In this document: one piece after another, positions 31,723-41,126 of the stretch | How positions within the stretch are numbered: position 1 is the stretch's first letter | How the letters are laid out: each line of letters starts with the position of its first letter | From: Clostridia bacterium | Lineage (GTDB): Bacteria > Bacillota > Clostridia > Christensenellales > CAG-138 | Direction of reading: 5' to 3' | DNA length: 64,000 nt | Assembly: GCA_036677445.1 (NCBI GenBank) | Contig: JAVBWI010000027.1 | Span: 115,376 to 179,375, forward strand | Translations under genes and position numbers: made by a program | Notes under the pieces: generated by a model | Told to the model about the DNA's origin: nothing | Database searches by the model: none | Seen by the model: the letters and a program-made list of their open reading frames with translations, nothing else

Positions 31723-31865
31723 AGTAACTCTCCCCTTTTCATTCATACTCTAAAGGCTTTCTCCGCGCGTATCTTCGGCGGGGCATACCCTTTTTTCCAT
31801 TTCATTATTATCCTGCACCGCTTGAGTCTTGTCAATAAAAACACCCGCAATACACCGCGCAAACG

Positions 31866-34800
31866 CTATACCGCCACTGCCACCCCCGCCGCGAGCAACA
31901 CAACGATGCGCTCGCGCACGGGCAGGCCGGAAAGCTGCTCCAACGCGTCCGCATACCATGCAAGCTGCCCGGCGTGCGCGGCGGCAGCCGTATCCACACT
32001 TTCATACGGGGTGACATGGTCGGTTTTATAATCGAGCAGCACCCAGCCACCCTCTTCCACAAAGCAGCAGTCGATCACGCCCTGCAGCAGCACATACTCC
32101 TCCTGCCCCGCGCCAGGGAGGGACTCGGCGGGGATGTTGGCGGCGAACTCCAGCTCGCGCTCCACACGCTTGGCCCGGCGAAGCCGAAGCCCGAGGTTGC
32201 TTTCCAGAAACCGTGCAAGTTCGGGCGCGGAGACCGCTTGTGCCTCCTTGGGGGAAAGCCGGCCTTCGCGCACCATGCGCAGCATCTCCGCCTCCACAAA
32301 GGGCAGCGTATCGCCTGCGGGGCAGGCGGCAATATTAAGTTCCCGCAATGCGGCGTGCACCGCGGTGCCGCGCTGCGCGGCGGTCAGCTGCTTATCCCCG
32401 CGCGTAAAGGCGGGGGCTGTTCGCAACACCACATCGTGCGCGTGCGTCAGCTCGCTGACGCTGCGTTTGCTGGGTACGGCCGTCGCCTGCGCGTACGGGT
32501 AACGCCACGCAAAGCGCGCGCGAATCTGCTCCAGCAGCCGTTCCTGCCCGATTCCATCGTTCTCCGGCTGCGCGGCTGCGGGCGCCGCAACGGGTATTTC
32601 GCGGCGGTCATGCAGGAACAATGGCAGCGCCCCGCTTTGTTGGGCGACGGGAAGCAGCCAGTGAAGGTAATGCTCCGCCTTTGCGCAATAGGCGGGGGTG
32701 ATTTCCGCCTGCGCCGCTTCCCGCGCGCGCCCGGCCGCATCCTTCAGGCAGCCGATGAGCAGGAGCCGCGTGCGCGCGCGGGTCATGCCCACATAGAGTA
32801 TGCGCATTTCCTCCGCAAGCTGCTGCCGGTGCAGGCGTACGGCGATGGCGCGGCGGTACAGCGTATCCCGGCGTACATTGTTCAACCGCATGCGCACGCC
32901 TAAGCCCAGCTCGCGCTCGCACAAAAGGTCAGCCCGGTCGCTCTGCCGGTTGAAGCGCTGGCCCAGGCCCGCGCAGATGACCACAGGGTATTCAAGCCCT
33001 TTGGCGGCGTGCATGGACAATACGCGCACCACATCCGCCGCGCCTGCCTGCGCGCGGCCCATATCCGCCGTGGCCGCCGCGCGGTCCATATACTGCAGAA
33101 AACTCCATATGTCGCAGGGGAAGCCCGCCGCCGCGTAATCGCGCGCGCGGATTAAAAGCGCGTCGAGGTTCCCCTGCCGTTCCCGGCCGCCGGGCAGCGC
33201 GCCCGCGCAGTCGTAAAAACCCGTTTCATCCAGCAGCTGCGCCAAAAACTCCGGCAGCGGCAACAGCTTCGCCTCCCGCCGCCATCCCTCCAGCCGGAGA
33301 AGAACGCCGTTCGCCCTGCTTGCAAGCGGCGCGCCGCTCTCTGCGCACAGCTCCAGGCGCTCAAGCAGGGTTTCCGCGGGAAAGGCGGTGTTGAGCTCGA
33401 TCAACGCTTCCACCGAAAAACCGAACACCGGCGAGCGGAGCACGCTTAAAAGCGGGATATCCTGCCGACGGTTGTCTATCACCCGCAGGAGGTTTAAAAA
33501 AACCTGTACCTCGATGGCGTCAAAATACCCACCGGTCAACTGCACATACGCCGGAATGCCCATTTTCGCGAGCGTCTGCGCCCAGACCTCCGCCGCGCGG
33601 CGGTGCGCGCGAAGCAGCACCGTGAAATCCGCATAGCGCAGGGCGCGGGGCTCCCCCGTTTTGGGGTCGGGGTAACGATGCTCCCGCATCAGCGCGCGGA
33701 TGCGCCGCGCGGCGAGCGTCGCTTCCGCTTCGGCGTCGCTGACAGCTTCGGCTTCCGCCCGCTCGTCTTCCGCCTGTTCGTTTTCAGGCGCTTCCCCGTT
33801 TTCTTCATCCTCTTCGGCCGCAGCGGCGTCGGGTACGGCTTCCGTATCCCCGCGCTCGATAATGTGCAGCTCGCAGCCCGCAAGCGGCGCCGCGTCATCC
33901 TGCCCGCCCTCCGGCCGCGCGGGCAAATGCAGCGCGGCGCGCTCGTCATACGAAAGCTCGCCCACTTCCGCCGACATGATGCGGGAGAATACGCCGTTGA
34001 CGGCATCGATGACGGGCCGTTCGCTGCGGAAATTCACGTTGAGGTGTATCTGTGCGCCGGGCGCGCCGGGCAGCCCGGTAAAAGACGCAAGCTTTTCCAG
34101 GAACAGCCCCGGGTCGGCCTGCCGGAAACGGTAAATGGATTGTTTGACGTCGCCGACGAGGAACACGTTATCCTCCCGCCGCACGGCGCTGATGAGGCAT
34201 TCCTGTATGCGGCTGCTGTCCTGGTATTCATCCAGAAACACATATTGAAACCGGGTGCGAAGCGCGCTTTGCACGTCCTCTTCCCTTAGCGCGCGCAAGG
34301 AAAAATGCTCCATATCCGAGAAATCCACCACGCCGCGCTCCCGCTTCAATTCCGCGTACGCCGCGTCCATATCCCGCACAAAAGCGCACAGCGCGGCAAT
34401 GGGCGTCTTGAGCTCCGCCATACACGCGGCCTCTTCGGCAAGCGGGCGAACGAGCGACTTCTGCTGCGCCCTGATAACCGCTTTCGCCGCGTCGCGCAGC
34501 GCCTGTACCTGTTTCTTTTCCTCTGGATAACTATCGCCGCGGGGCCATTTGTTGAACTTCGCGAACTCGATGGATAGCAGCTGCGTGCGGTAGGCGGCAA
34601 GGCTTTTGCACCTCTTGAGTGCGCGAACCTGCGCCGCATCCTCATCCAGTATGCCAAGCGAAGCGATCAGCTCCGAAGGGACGATATCCCGCGCCTGTTC
34701 CAGCGCGCTTACCGCCCCGGCGGCCTGCGCCCGCATATCTTCTAAAATCACATTAAGCGCCGGATGGTGCAAAAATTCCGTTTCGCCGCCCGCATACGCC

Positions 34801-35387
34801 CGCTCCGCTAAATCGAGCCATTGCCACGGGTCGGGCTGGGCAAGCAGGAAGCCGTATAACTCCTGTGCTTGGGAAAACAGCTTTTCCTCGCCGCCCACCG
34901 CGCGCAGCAGCCCCAAAAACGCGGGGTCTTCGGCCTCATAGCGCGATTGGGCCGTATCCTCGAGCGCCTGCTGCTGTAGCATGGCGGACTGTACCTCGTC
35001 CGCCGGGCGAAAGCCGGGATCCAGCCCCAGCCGGTGGAAATTGCGCCGAAGCACATATAAACAGAACCTGTGCAGCGTGGAAATATTGGCGCGGCCGACG
35101 GAAAGCGCCTGTGTCCGAAGCCGCGCGCCCGCTTCGGGAGCGGCGGATGCTTCGTCCGCCTCCTTCGCGGCCTGAAAAAGGCGCGCGGATATACGCCGCT
35201 TCATTTCGGCGGTGGCGGCTTCCGTGAACGTAACGACCAAAAAGCGGTCGATATCCGTACCCGCCGCGACCAGCCGCACGATGCGCTCTGTCAATACCGC
35301 CGTTTTGCCGCTGCCCGCGGCGGCGCTTACCAAAAGATTACAGCCTTCCTGCCCGATCGCGGCCTGCTGCTCGTTTGTCCAGTTCAT
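31866..35387 (-). CDS. addA: ATP-dependent helicase/nuclease subunit A
   Basis: AAAGSGKT, DEYQD, VGDVKQSIYRFR, HAAKGLEY, YVGMTRA, C-terminal RecB-type nuclease QGVID..DYKTD. Confidence 0.95.
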   Translation of the reverse strand: MNWTNEQQAAIGQEGCNLLVSAAAGSGKTAVLTERIVRLVAAGTDIDRFLVVTFTEAATAEMKRRISARLFQAAKEADEASAAPEAGARLRTQALSVGRANISTLHRFCLYVLRRNFHRLGLDPGFRPADEVQSAMLQQQALEDTAQSRYEAEDPAFLGLLRAVGGEEKLFSQAQELYGFLLAQPDPWQWLDLAERAYAGGETEFLHHPALNVILEDMRAQAAGAVSALEQARDIVPSELIASLGILDEDAAQVRALKRCKSLAAYRTQLLSIEFAKFNKWPRGDSYPEEKKQVQALRDAAKAVIRAQQKSLVRPLAEEAACMAELKTPIAALCAFVRDMDAAYAELKRERGVVDFSDMEHFSLRALREEDVQSALRTRFQYVFLDEYQDSSRIQECLISAVRREDNVFLVGDVKQSIYRFRQADPGLFLEKLASFTGLPGAPGAQIHLNVNFRSERPVIDAVNGVFSRIMSAEVGELSYDERAALHLPARPEGGQDDAAPLAGCELHIIERGDTEAVPDAAAAEEDEENGEAPENEQAEDERAEAEAVSDAEAEATLAARRIRALMREHRYPDPKTGEPRALRYADFTVLLRAHRRAAEVWAQTLAKMGIPAYVQLTGGYFDAIEVQVFLNLLRVIDNRRQDIPLLSVLRSPVFGFSVEALIELNTAFPAETLLERLELCAESGAPLASRANGVLLRLEGWRREAKLLPLPEFLAQLLDETGFYDCAGALPGGRERQGNLDALLIRARDYAAAGFPCDIWSFLQYMDRAAATADMGRAQAGAADVVRVLSMHAAKGLEYPVVICAGLGQRFNRQSDRADLLCERELGLGVRMRLNNVRRDTLYRRAIAVRLHRQQLAEEMRILYVGMTRARTRLLLIGCLKDAAGRAREAAQAEITPAYCAKAEHYLHWLLPVAQQSGALPLFLHDRREIPVAAPAAAQPENDGIGQERLLEQIRARFAWRYPYAQATAVPSKRSVSELTHAHDVVLRTAPAFTRGDKQLTAAQRGTAVHAALRELNIAACPAGDTLPFVEAEMLRMVREGRLSPKEAQAVSAPELARFLESNLGLRLRRAKRVERELEFAANIPAESLPGAGQEEYVLLQGVIDCCFVEEGGWVLLDYKTDHVTPYESVDTAAAAHAGQLAWYADALEQLSGLPVRERIVVLLAAGVAVAV

Positions 35388-38300
35388 GCGTCGCCCTCCC
35401 CTTCGCCGTTGTGCGCGAGCGCCCGGAAGAATTCCTGCTGCGAGCGCTTTTTGATTTGCCGCACGCGGCAGCCGGGCAGGCGCGTATCAAAGCGGCAAAC
35501 GCTTTTATAATCGCAATAGGCGCAGGCGGTGCCCTGCCCCTGCTTCACGGGCGCAGCTTCCGCGCGGCCGGAAAGCAGCTCCGAAGCGATCTCCGCCGCG
35601 CGCCGCATGGCGAACCGCAGCAGCAGTTCCATCTGTTCGTTGGTAAGCAGGCGGGGGTTCTCCTTCAGCGTATCGTCCTTTTTTCGCATCAGCCCCGCTA
35701 CCACCTGCGAGCTTCCGCTAAGCGCCCGCTCGGTCGCCTCCACCGCGCCTTCTTGATGAAGCAGCACGCCGTTTAAGCGCAGTTCCGCCGCGGCTTTCTC
35801 CTCCTTGCCCTCCTCCGCAACCGGGTCATGCACAGGCTGGTAGAACATGCCCGCGGGCGCGCCTCCTTCCGCGGCCGAAACCGCGGCAAGGTAAACGGGC
35901 AGCTGCAATAAGAGCCCGTCCGCAACGTCGCCGTAGTTGAACGCCCGGCTGCCGGTTTTATAATCCACTACGCGTAGCAAACGTTTACCGCCCTCGGTTT
36001 GCGCCGCATCCACACGGTCGATAACGCCGGAAAGCTCCGCCTCGCCATCGGGCAGCCGCAGCGTGAGCGGAGGAAGCGCGTCGTCCTGCCCAAAACGCAG
36101 CTCCGTACCCACGGGCCTGAAATCGCCCGCCGCGAAGAAACGGCACAGCGCCCAGGCCGTTTCGCGCACGGCGTCCGTCCAGAATACCGAAAGCGCACGT
36201 GCGCGCGGCGTAGCGCATAAGAGGCCGTCCTGGTAGCGCCTGAGGCAATCCGGGAATATAGCGTCGAGCATGGCCTCCGCCTCTTCGCGGGTGATAGCCG
36301 CCCAGTCGAGGCCGCGCGCGCCGACTTCCCGCACGAAGGCTTCCAGCGCCATGTGCGAAAAGCTGCCGATATCCGCCTTCTTTTCACGGAATTCCCTGCG
36401 CGGAAGCGCTTTGAGGCCGTATTGCGCGAAGTGCCGGAAGGGGCAGGCGCGGAATGTCTCCAAACGGCTGACAGTGCTAAAAAGCCGTTTGCCGTATAGC
36501 TTCTTAGCCAGCGGCGCGCCGAAGGATTTGGGCGCGGCGGGCTCACGCGCGAATGCTTCCGCCTGCTGTAGCCGCTCACGAAAGCCCGGCTGCTCTTTAT
36601 AATAGGCGCGCAGCGCCGCGGTCAGCTGCGCCTGCGGCCCGCCCATGTTGCGCGCGAGCAGCGCGAAACCGCTCTGCGGGGTTTCGGGCAGCGCGTCCGG
36701 CGTAAGGTTTCCCGTGGCGGCATACTCCGTGCAGCCGGGAAACAGTTCGCGCACACGGTCAATGAGCGTGGAAGGCACCAGCTCCCGCGTGCCGTCGGCA
36801 TACGAAAAACCCAGCCACAACCCTTCGTTCGCGCGCGAAAGCGCGCGGTAAACGGATAGCCTGTCCGCCTCGGCGCGGCGCGCCGTATCGCCCCAGGGAG
36901 CAATTTCCAGCTTGGAAAGCGCCGCAAGCTCGGTGTCGTCGATGATATCGTCATCCACGCGCGGGGCGGGCAGAAGCCCTTCGTTGCAGCCCAGCAGAAA
37001 CAGCGCGCGCACCTCGCGGCTTCTGGTGCGGTTGACATCGCCAAAGAGCACCTGATCCGCCGTTGCGGGGATGATTCCCACCTGATAGGCGGAAAGCGCT
37101 TCGGTCAACACCTCAAGGAACTCGCGTTTGTCCATTTTCGCCGCGCCGAGTATGGCATGGAGCTGCTCAAAGAGCTCTATGAGTATATCCCATACCTGCG
37201 CGTGCTCCTCCATCAGCGCAAAGCGGCTCTCTTCCCGCAGGCGCTGCACGCCTCTCAAGAGCTGTGTTTCGACATGCAGCGCGCGGAGATATTCATACAA
37301 TGCCTCCGTCATCTCCCCCGCTGTATGGGCGGTAAGCCCCTTGCGAAGCGCGGCAAGCGGCGGTATCAGCGCGGCGCGCACGCGTTCGGCCGCTTCTTCC
37401 TCCGGCGGGAAAGGGGCTTCAAACACCTTGCCGCCCAACAGCCCGCGGCGCAGACAGTAGTTTTCAAATGCTTCCGCATCGGCGGGCGAAACACCCGCAA
37501 GGCCGGTTTTGGCAATGCGGAACAGTTCCGCGCGCGGCAGGCCGCCCGTGGCGGCGCGCGCCGCGCACAGCAGCAGCTCCACAGTCGGGTGCCCCTGCAT
37601 ACTGCGCCGCGCATCCATAAACACGGGGATATCGCGCCGGGCGAACGCGCGCTGCACCGCATGGGCGTAGGCGGGCATGTCCGAGGCGATAACGGCCATA
37701 TCGCGGTATCGTACGCCCCTTCTCGCGGCTGCCGCCACGGCGTCGGCCATATTCTCCACCTCCGCGGTGCGGTCGGTGGCGCCCACAACGGCGATCGCAG
37801 CCGCTTCCCCCTGATAGGGGCGGGACGGATAGGCGTACAGTTCCTGCTCCAAACGAACGAGCGCCGGATCCTTGCCGGGGGGCGGCGGTACGGAGGATAA
37901 GGATTTGACAAACACGGCACATCCTAAATCCGCCGCGGCCTGTGCGAGCCGCTCATACGCGCGGCGTTCCGGGGCGAACAGCGCGGCGTCCCGCGCATCC
38001 GGGTCGGGATCCATACAGAACGTGACGGTCAGCGTTTTGCATACGCGCATCATCTGCTCCAGTATGGCGTAAAGCTGTTCGGTCAGCAGTTCAAACCCGT
38101 CAATATATACTTCCGCGCCGCTTAAAAAGGAGTTGGGCAGCGCGGCTAAGAGCGCGTTCTGCGCGCCCTCGCTGTCAATATAGTGTTCCTCCAGATATTC
38201 CTGCGTGGCGGCATAGAGCGTGGCGATATCCGAAAGCTTGGCCGCAAGCGCGGAGGCTTCGGGGAGCTTTTGTGCGGCTTCGCGCAGCATATCCGGCGTG

Positions 38301-38686
38301 ATGAAAAACCGCCTGCACGAGACAAACAGTTCATCCATGCGCGCGGCAAAGCCCGCGCGCCGCGCAACGGCGCCAAACGCGACAAGTTCCGCGCGGTGTT
38401 TGTGTGCCGCGCGGCGCACCACCATCCGCCGCCCCTGTGCGGAAAGGAAGGGACGTTCCTGTGCATGTACGGCGCGCTCGGCAAGGCGCGCAAAGCTGAG
38501 CACCTGAATGCCCAGCAACCCGCCCAGCTGCATGGAAAGCGCGCGCTCGGTTTCGAACGTGAACTGCTCGGGCACGATGAGCACGGCGCGGCGTCCTTCG
38601 TTCATGCAGGCGCGCAGTTCATTTTTTATGAAATACGTTTTCCCCGACCCGGCGCGGCCGATTAAAAAACGGACTCTTGCAGGCAT
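35384..38686 (-). CDS. addB: ATP-dependent helicase/nuclease subunit B
   Basis: GRAGSGKT, IVPEQFTFETE, CPFRHF, GVIDRVD..VVDYKTG, LQLPVY, Fe-S Cys motif CAYCDYKSVC. Confidence 0.94.
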   Translation of the reverse strand: MPARVRFLIGRAGSGKTYFIKNELRACMNEGRRAVLIVPEQFTFETERALSMQLGGLLGIQVLSFARLAERAVHAQERPFLSAQGRRMVVRRAAHKHRAELVAFGAVARRAGFAARMDELFVSCRRFFITPDMLREAAQKLPEASALAAKLSDIATLYAATQEYLEEHYIDSEGAQNALLAALPNSFLSGAEVYIDGFELLTEQLYAILEQMMRVCKTLTVTFCMDPDPDARDAALFAPERRAYERLAQAAADLGCAVFVKSLSSVPPPPGKDPALVRLEQELYAYPSRPYQGEAAAIAVVGATDRTAEVENMADAVAAAARRGVRYRDMAVIASDMPAYAHAVQRAFARRDIPVFMDARRSMQGHPTVELLLCAARAATGGLPRAELFRIAKTGLAGVSPADAEAFENYCLRRGLLGGKVFEAPFPPEEEAAERVRAALIPPLAALRKGLTAHTAGEMTEALYEYLRALHVETQLLRGVQRLREESRFALMEEHAQVWDILIELFEQLHAILGAAKMDKREFLEVLTEALSAYQVGIIPATADQVLFGDVNRTRSREVRALFLLGCNEGLLPAPRVDDDIIDDTELAALSKLEIAPWGDTARRAEADRLSVYRALSRANEGLWLGFSYADGTRELVPSTLIDRVRELFPGCTEYAATGNLTPDALPETPQSGFALLARNMGGPQAQLTAALRAYYKEQPGFRERLQQAEAFAREPAAPKSFGAPLAKKLYGKRLFSTVSRLETFRACPFRHFAQYGLKALPRREFREKKADIGSFSHMALEAFVREVGARGLDWAAITREEAEAMLDAIFPDCLRRYQDGLLCATPRARALSVFWTDAVRETAWALCRFFAAGDFRPVGTELRFGQDDALPPLTLRLPDGEAELSGVIDRVDAAQTEGGKRLLRVVDYKTGSRAFNYGDVADGLLLQLPVYLAAVSAAEGGAPAGMFYQPVHDPVAEEGKEEKAAAELRLNGVLLHQEGAVEATERALSGSSQVVAGLMRKKDDTLKENPRLLTNEQMELLLRFAMRRAAEIASELLSGRAEAAPVKQGQGTACAYCDYKSVCRFDTRLPGCRVRQIKKRSQQEFFRALAHNGEGEGDA

Positions 38687-38703
38687 AGGCTCCCCTTCCT
38701 TTT

Positions 38704-38908
38704 GTGTCGACAAAGTGCCAAATGGCACTTTGTTGGGATTTACCGCGTAAGTTAGCGTTCGGTTTCCTGCATACGCAGGAAAGCTGTCGCGCTAACTTCG
38801 CTCTAAGGTGTCGTCATTTTGCACCGCACAGGTCGCTGCAAAATGACGGATTAAAAGCCTCCAGTTACGCACATTTTTATATTCTGAAACTGAGGCTTGT
38901 CGAATCTG
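38704..38908. mobile_element. MITE-like multi-hairpin repeat (family 1)
   Basis: Starts with hairpin GACAAAGTGCC..GGCACTTTGT; the core CGGTTTCCTGC.TACGCAGGAAAGCTGTCGCGC..GTCATTTTGCA..TGCAAAATGACGGATT.AAAGCCTCC is nearly identical to ~46900-47000. Confidence 0.7.
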
Positions 38909-38948
38909 GAATGTGAGAAATTTTGATTCCCCCCTGATAATGGATTTG

Positions 38949-39500
38949 TTAGAATTTCGCTTTGTGCAGCGGCGTATATTGCATGCGCCCGCCCACGTTC
39001 TCGCTTTCATACAGCACCAGCTGGTTGGCGGTGAACGCCGCGCCCTCCGCCGCGTCGCCGGCGATATTGGAAAGCGCCGGGGGCACCTCCTCTGCGTGCT
39101 GCACGTTTCGCGCAAGCGTGATATGCGGCGTCAGCCGCTTGTGGGAGCCTGTGAGCGGAAACCCGCGCGCACAAAGCGCGGCGGTAAGCGTTTCGTGCAG
39201 GCGGTACAGCTCGGCAAGCTCGCCCGAAAGGCTGATAAAGCCCGTACGCGCGTCGCCGCGCAAAAAGCTGCCGTAGCCCGAAAGCCGAAGCACAAACGGC
39301 CGGATGCCGCGCACGGCCTCTTCGCAGGCCGCCGCTGCACCCGAAAGATCCGAACTTTCGCCGATAAAGTGCAGCGTGATATGAAAGTTTTCCGGCGGCA
39401 CATACCTGCCGCCGGCGGAAGCCCCGCGCAGGCGCTGCTGCGCGCCGGCGAGCGCGCGGCGCACATCCGGCGGGAGCGGTATTGCAATAAATAAACGCAT
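38949..39500 (-). CDS. thpR: RNA 2',3'-cyclic phosphodiesterase (2H superfamily)
   Basis: MRLFIAI start; two HITL motifs; LVLYES..G..YTPL. Confidence 0.92.
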   Translation of the reverse strand: MRLFIAIPLPPDVRRALAGAQQRLRGASAGGRYVPPENFHITLHFIGESSDLSGAAAACEEAVRGIRPFVLRLSGYGSFLRGDARTGFISLSGELAELYRLHETLTAALCARGFPLTGSHKRLTPHITLARNVQHAEEVPPALSNIAGDAAEGAAFTANQLVLYESENVGGRMQYTPLHKAKF

Positions 39501-39673
39501 TGATTGAACCTCCAAAGAGTGGGTAACTATATTATAGCACAGCCCGCCGTACCGTTTTTGGTACTGCTTTGGTATTGCTGCAAGATTTTACTTGACAAAA
39601 TGGCCAAAACTGTGTTAAACAAACATGATGGGCAATATGTTCAAATGACAAACGGCAGAAAGGAGTGATAGCT

Positions 39674-39907
39674 GTGAAGATTAAGAACATCAACAACCCC
39701 AAGCGCTTTTTTGAGGTGCTCAACCAGTGCCACGGTCGCGTGGAGCTGATAACCTCCGAAGGCGACAGGCTCAACCTCAAGAGCACGCTGTGCCAGTACA
39801 TCGCGCTCACGCAGATGTTCAAGGATGCCCGCATCGACGATGTGGAGCTGATCGTCTCCGAGCCTGAGGATTTTGCCAAGCTCTTGGAGTTCCTGGTGCG
39901 CGGCTAA
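39674..39907 (+). CDS. Small conserved clostridial hypothetical protein (HPr-like)
   Basis: RBS AAAGGAG then GTG; MKIKNI...FFEVLNQC.GRVELITSEGDRLNLKS; terminator downstream. Confidence 0.8.
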   Translation: MKIKNINNPKRFFEVLNQCHGRVELITSEGDRLNLKSTLCQYIALTQMFKDARIDDVELIVSEPEDFAKLLEFLVRG

Positions 39908-39956
39908 ATCCCACACAAGCGTCGGCCCGTGCGCCGACATGATTTTTGCATGATTC

Positions 39957-39984
39957 CGGAGGGTTCTTTGCCCTCCGTTTTTTT
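39957..39984 (+). terminator. Intrinsic terminator
   Basis: CGGAGGG/CCCTCCG stem followed by TTTTTTT. Confidence 0.75.
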
Positions 39985-39989
39985 GTGTT

Positions 39990-40345
39990 GCGGACTTTTC
40001 AACAGTAAAAGGCTCCGGTTTTAATACGCCAACGGTACAACGGCCAGCAGCGCCGTTTTCCCCAGCGTCATGTCGAAGAGTTGCGCGGCAAACCTGCGTA
40101 TTCCCTTTCGATCCGCGCAAAAAATAGTATCCCGATGCGTCGGAGCAGACATGCGCAGCTAGAGGCTCGTATTCGAAATTATCATTGCGCTGCCCTATTG
40201 TCAGCAGGTTCTTACTATCCGGAAACGGCGCAGGATGCCCGCATCCACCCCCGCCCAGAATAAGGCATCCGCTAAAAAGCATGCAGAACAGCAGGAGGCA
40301 AGCAAGCTTCAGGAACTTGAAAACACGGGAACGGGGGTTATGCAT
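39990..40345 (-). pseudogene. Probable truncated lipoprotein gene
   Basis: RBS AAGGAG and ATG 40345, lipoprotein signal (FKFLKLACLLLFCMLFSGC). The frame then runs through a terminator and antisense across the 39674 gene, which suggests the real 3' end is lost. Confidence 0.45.
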
Positions 40346-40440
40346 AAAGAGTCTCTCCTTCTGGCGCTGTATATGAATGGCCTTGCAGAGGGACGGGCTG
40401 GATACATCACCAGTATATAGCACACCGTTTATGCGCACAA

Positions 40441-40483
40441 GAAAAAACGGAGCGGAAAGGGATTACCCCCGTGCCGCTCCGTT
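40441..40483 (-). terminator. Terminator closing the phage-like cluster
   Basis: AACGGAGCGG/CCGCTCCGTT stem with a T-tract on the minus strand. Confidence 0.7.
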
Positions 40484-40543
40484 CAAATACTCCGTCGAAC
40501 GTTTTAACCCCATGTTACACGCCCACATGAGAGAGCGCAGACG

Positions 40544-41062
40544 TTATGCGCCCGTCTCACCCCGGCGCAGTAGACGCTTCCGTTTGCGATGCTGGAGGGA
40601 TGCGCTCGCAAACAGGGAAATCAGTATACTCAACGCGGCCGAGGCGAGATAAGTGATGGGCAAGCCGAGAAGATAGAATCCATCCGCATCTCCCTCTGTC
40701 ACAAACAATCCGGAAATTTCCATTCCGGGAGATAACCCCATAATTAATAAATCAATGCCCATATACAGCCAGTACCCGGCAAACACAGCAGCGCCCAAAC
40801 AGACCCATTTGAGTATGACAATTCCCTCCGTATCAAATTTGTCATAAAGGGACGAAAGGCCGCGCTGTTTTCTTAAGCGGCCAGCATACCAAGAAAAGGC
40901 GAAGTATGCCGCAAGCAGACCGAATACGAGTAGCAGCATCAAAAGCGTATCAACTAGATTTCCTTTTCGGGAATTGGAAACAAAAGTCAAAACCAACTGA
41001 GGGATGGCCCAAAGGACTAGTATCACGAACAGTACGACGCGTGCTGCGGTAAGCGGTTTCAT
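40544..41062 (-). CDS. Four-TM membrane protein; candidate immunity protein
   Basis: RBS GGAGGAGG then ATG 41062; four hydrophobic segments; AT-richer than the host; directly downstream of the lysozyme-like effector gene. Confidence 0.7.
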   Translation of the reverse strand: MKPLTAARVVLFVILVLWAIPQLVLTFVSNSRKGNLVDTLLMLLLVFGLLAAYFAFSWYAGRLRKQRGLSSLYDKFDTEGIVILKWVCLGAAVFAGYWLYMGIDLLIMGLSPGMEISGLFVTEGDADGFYLLGLPITYLASAALSILISLFASASLQHRKRKRLLRRGETGA

Positions 41063-41126
41063 AGGCTCCCTCCTCCGAATTGGTAATTCCATATTAGCAT
41101 AATGGAAGGTTAAATGGGAGTCACTA

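Noticed and set aside
39641-40438. 265-aa minus-strand ORF as a full gene
   Set aside because: Its 3' part is antisense to a well-supported gene and crosses a terminator; only the lipoprotein-like 5' part is credible.
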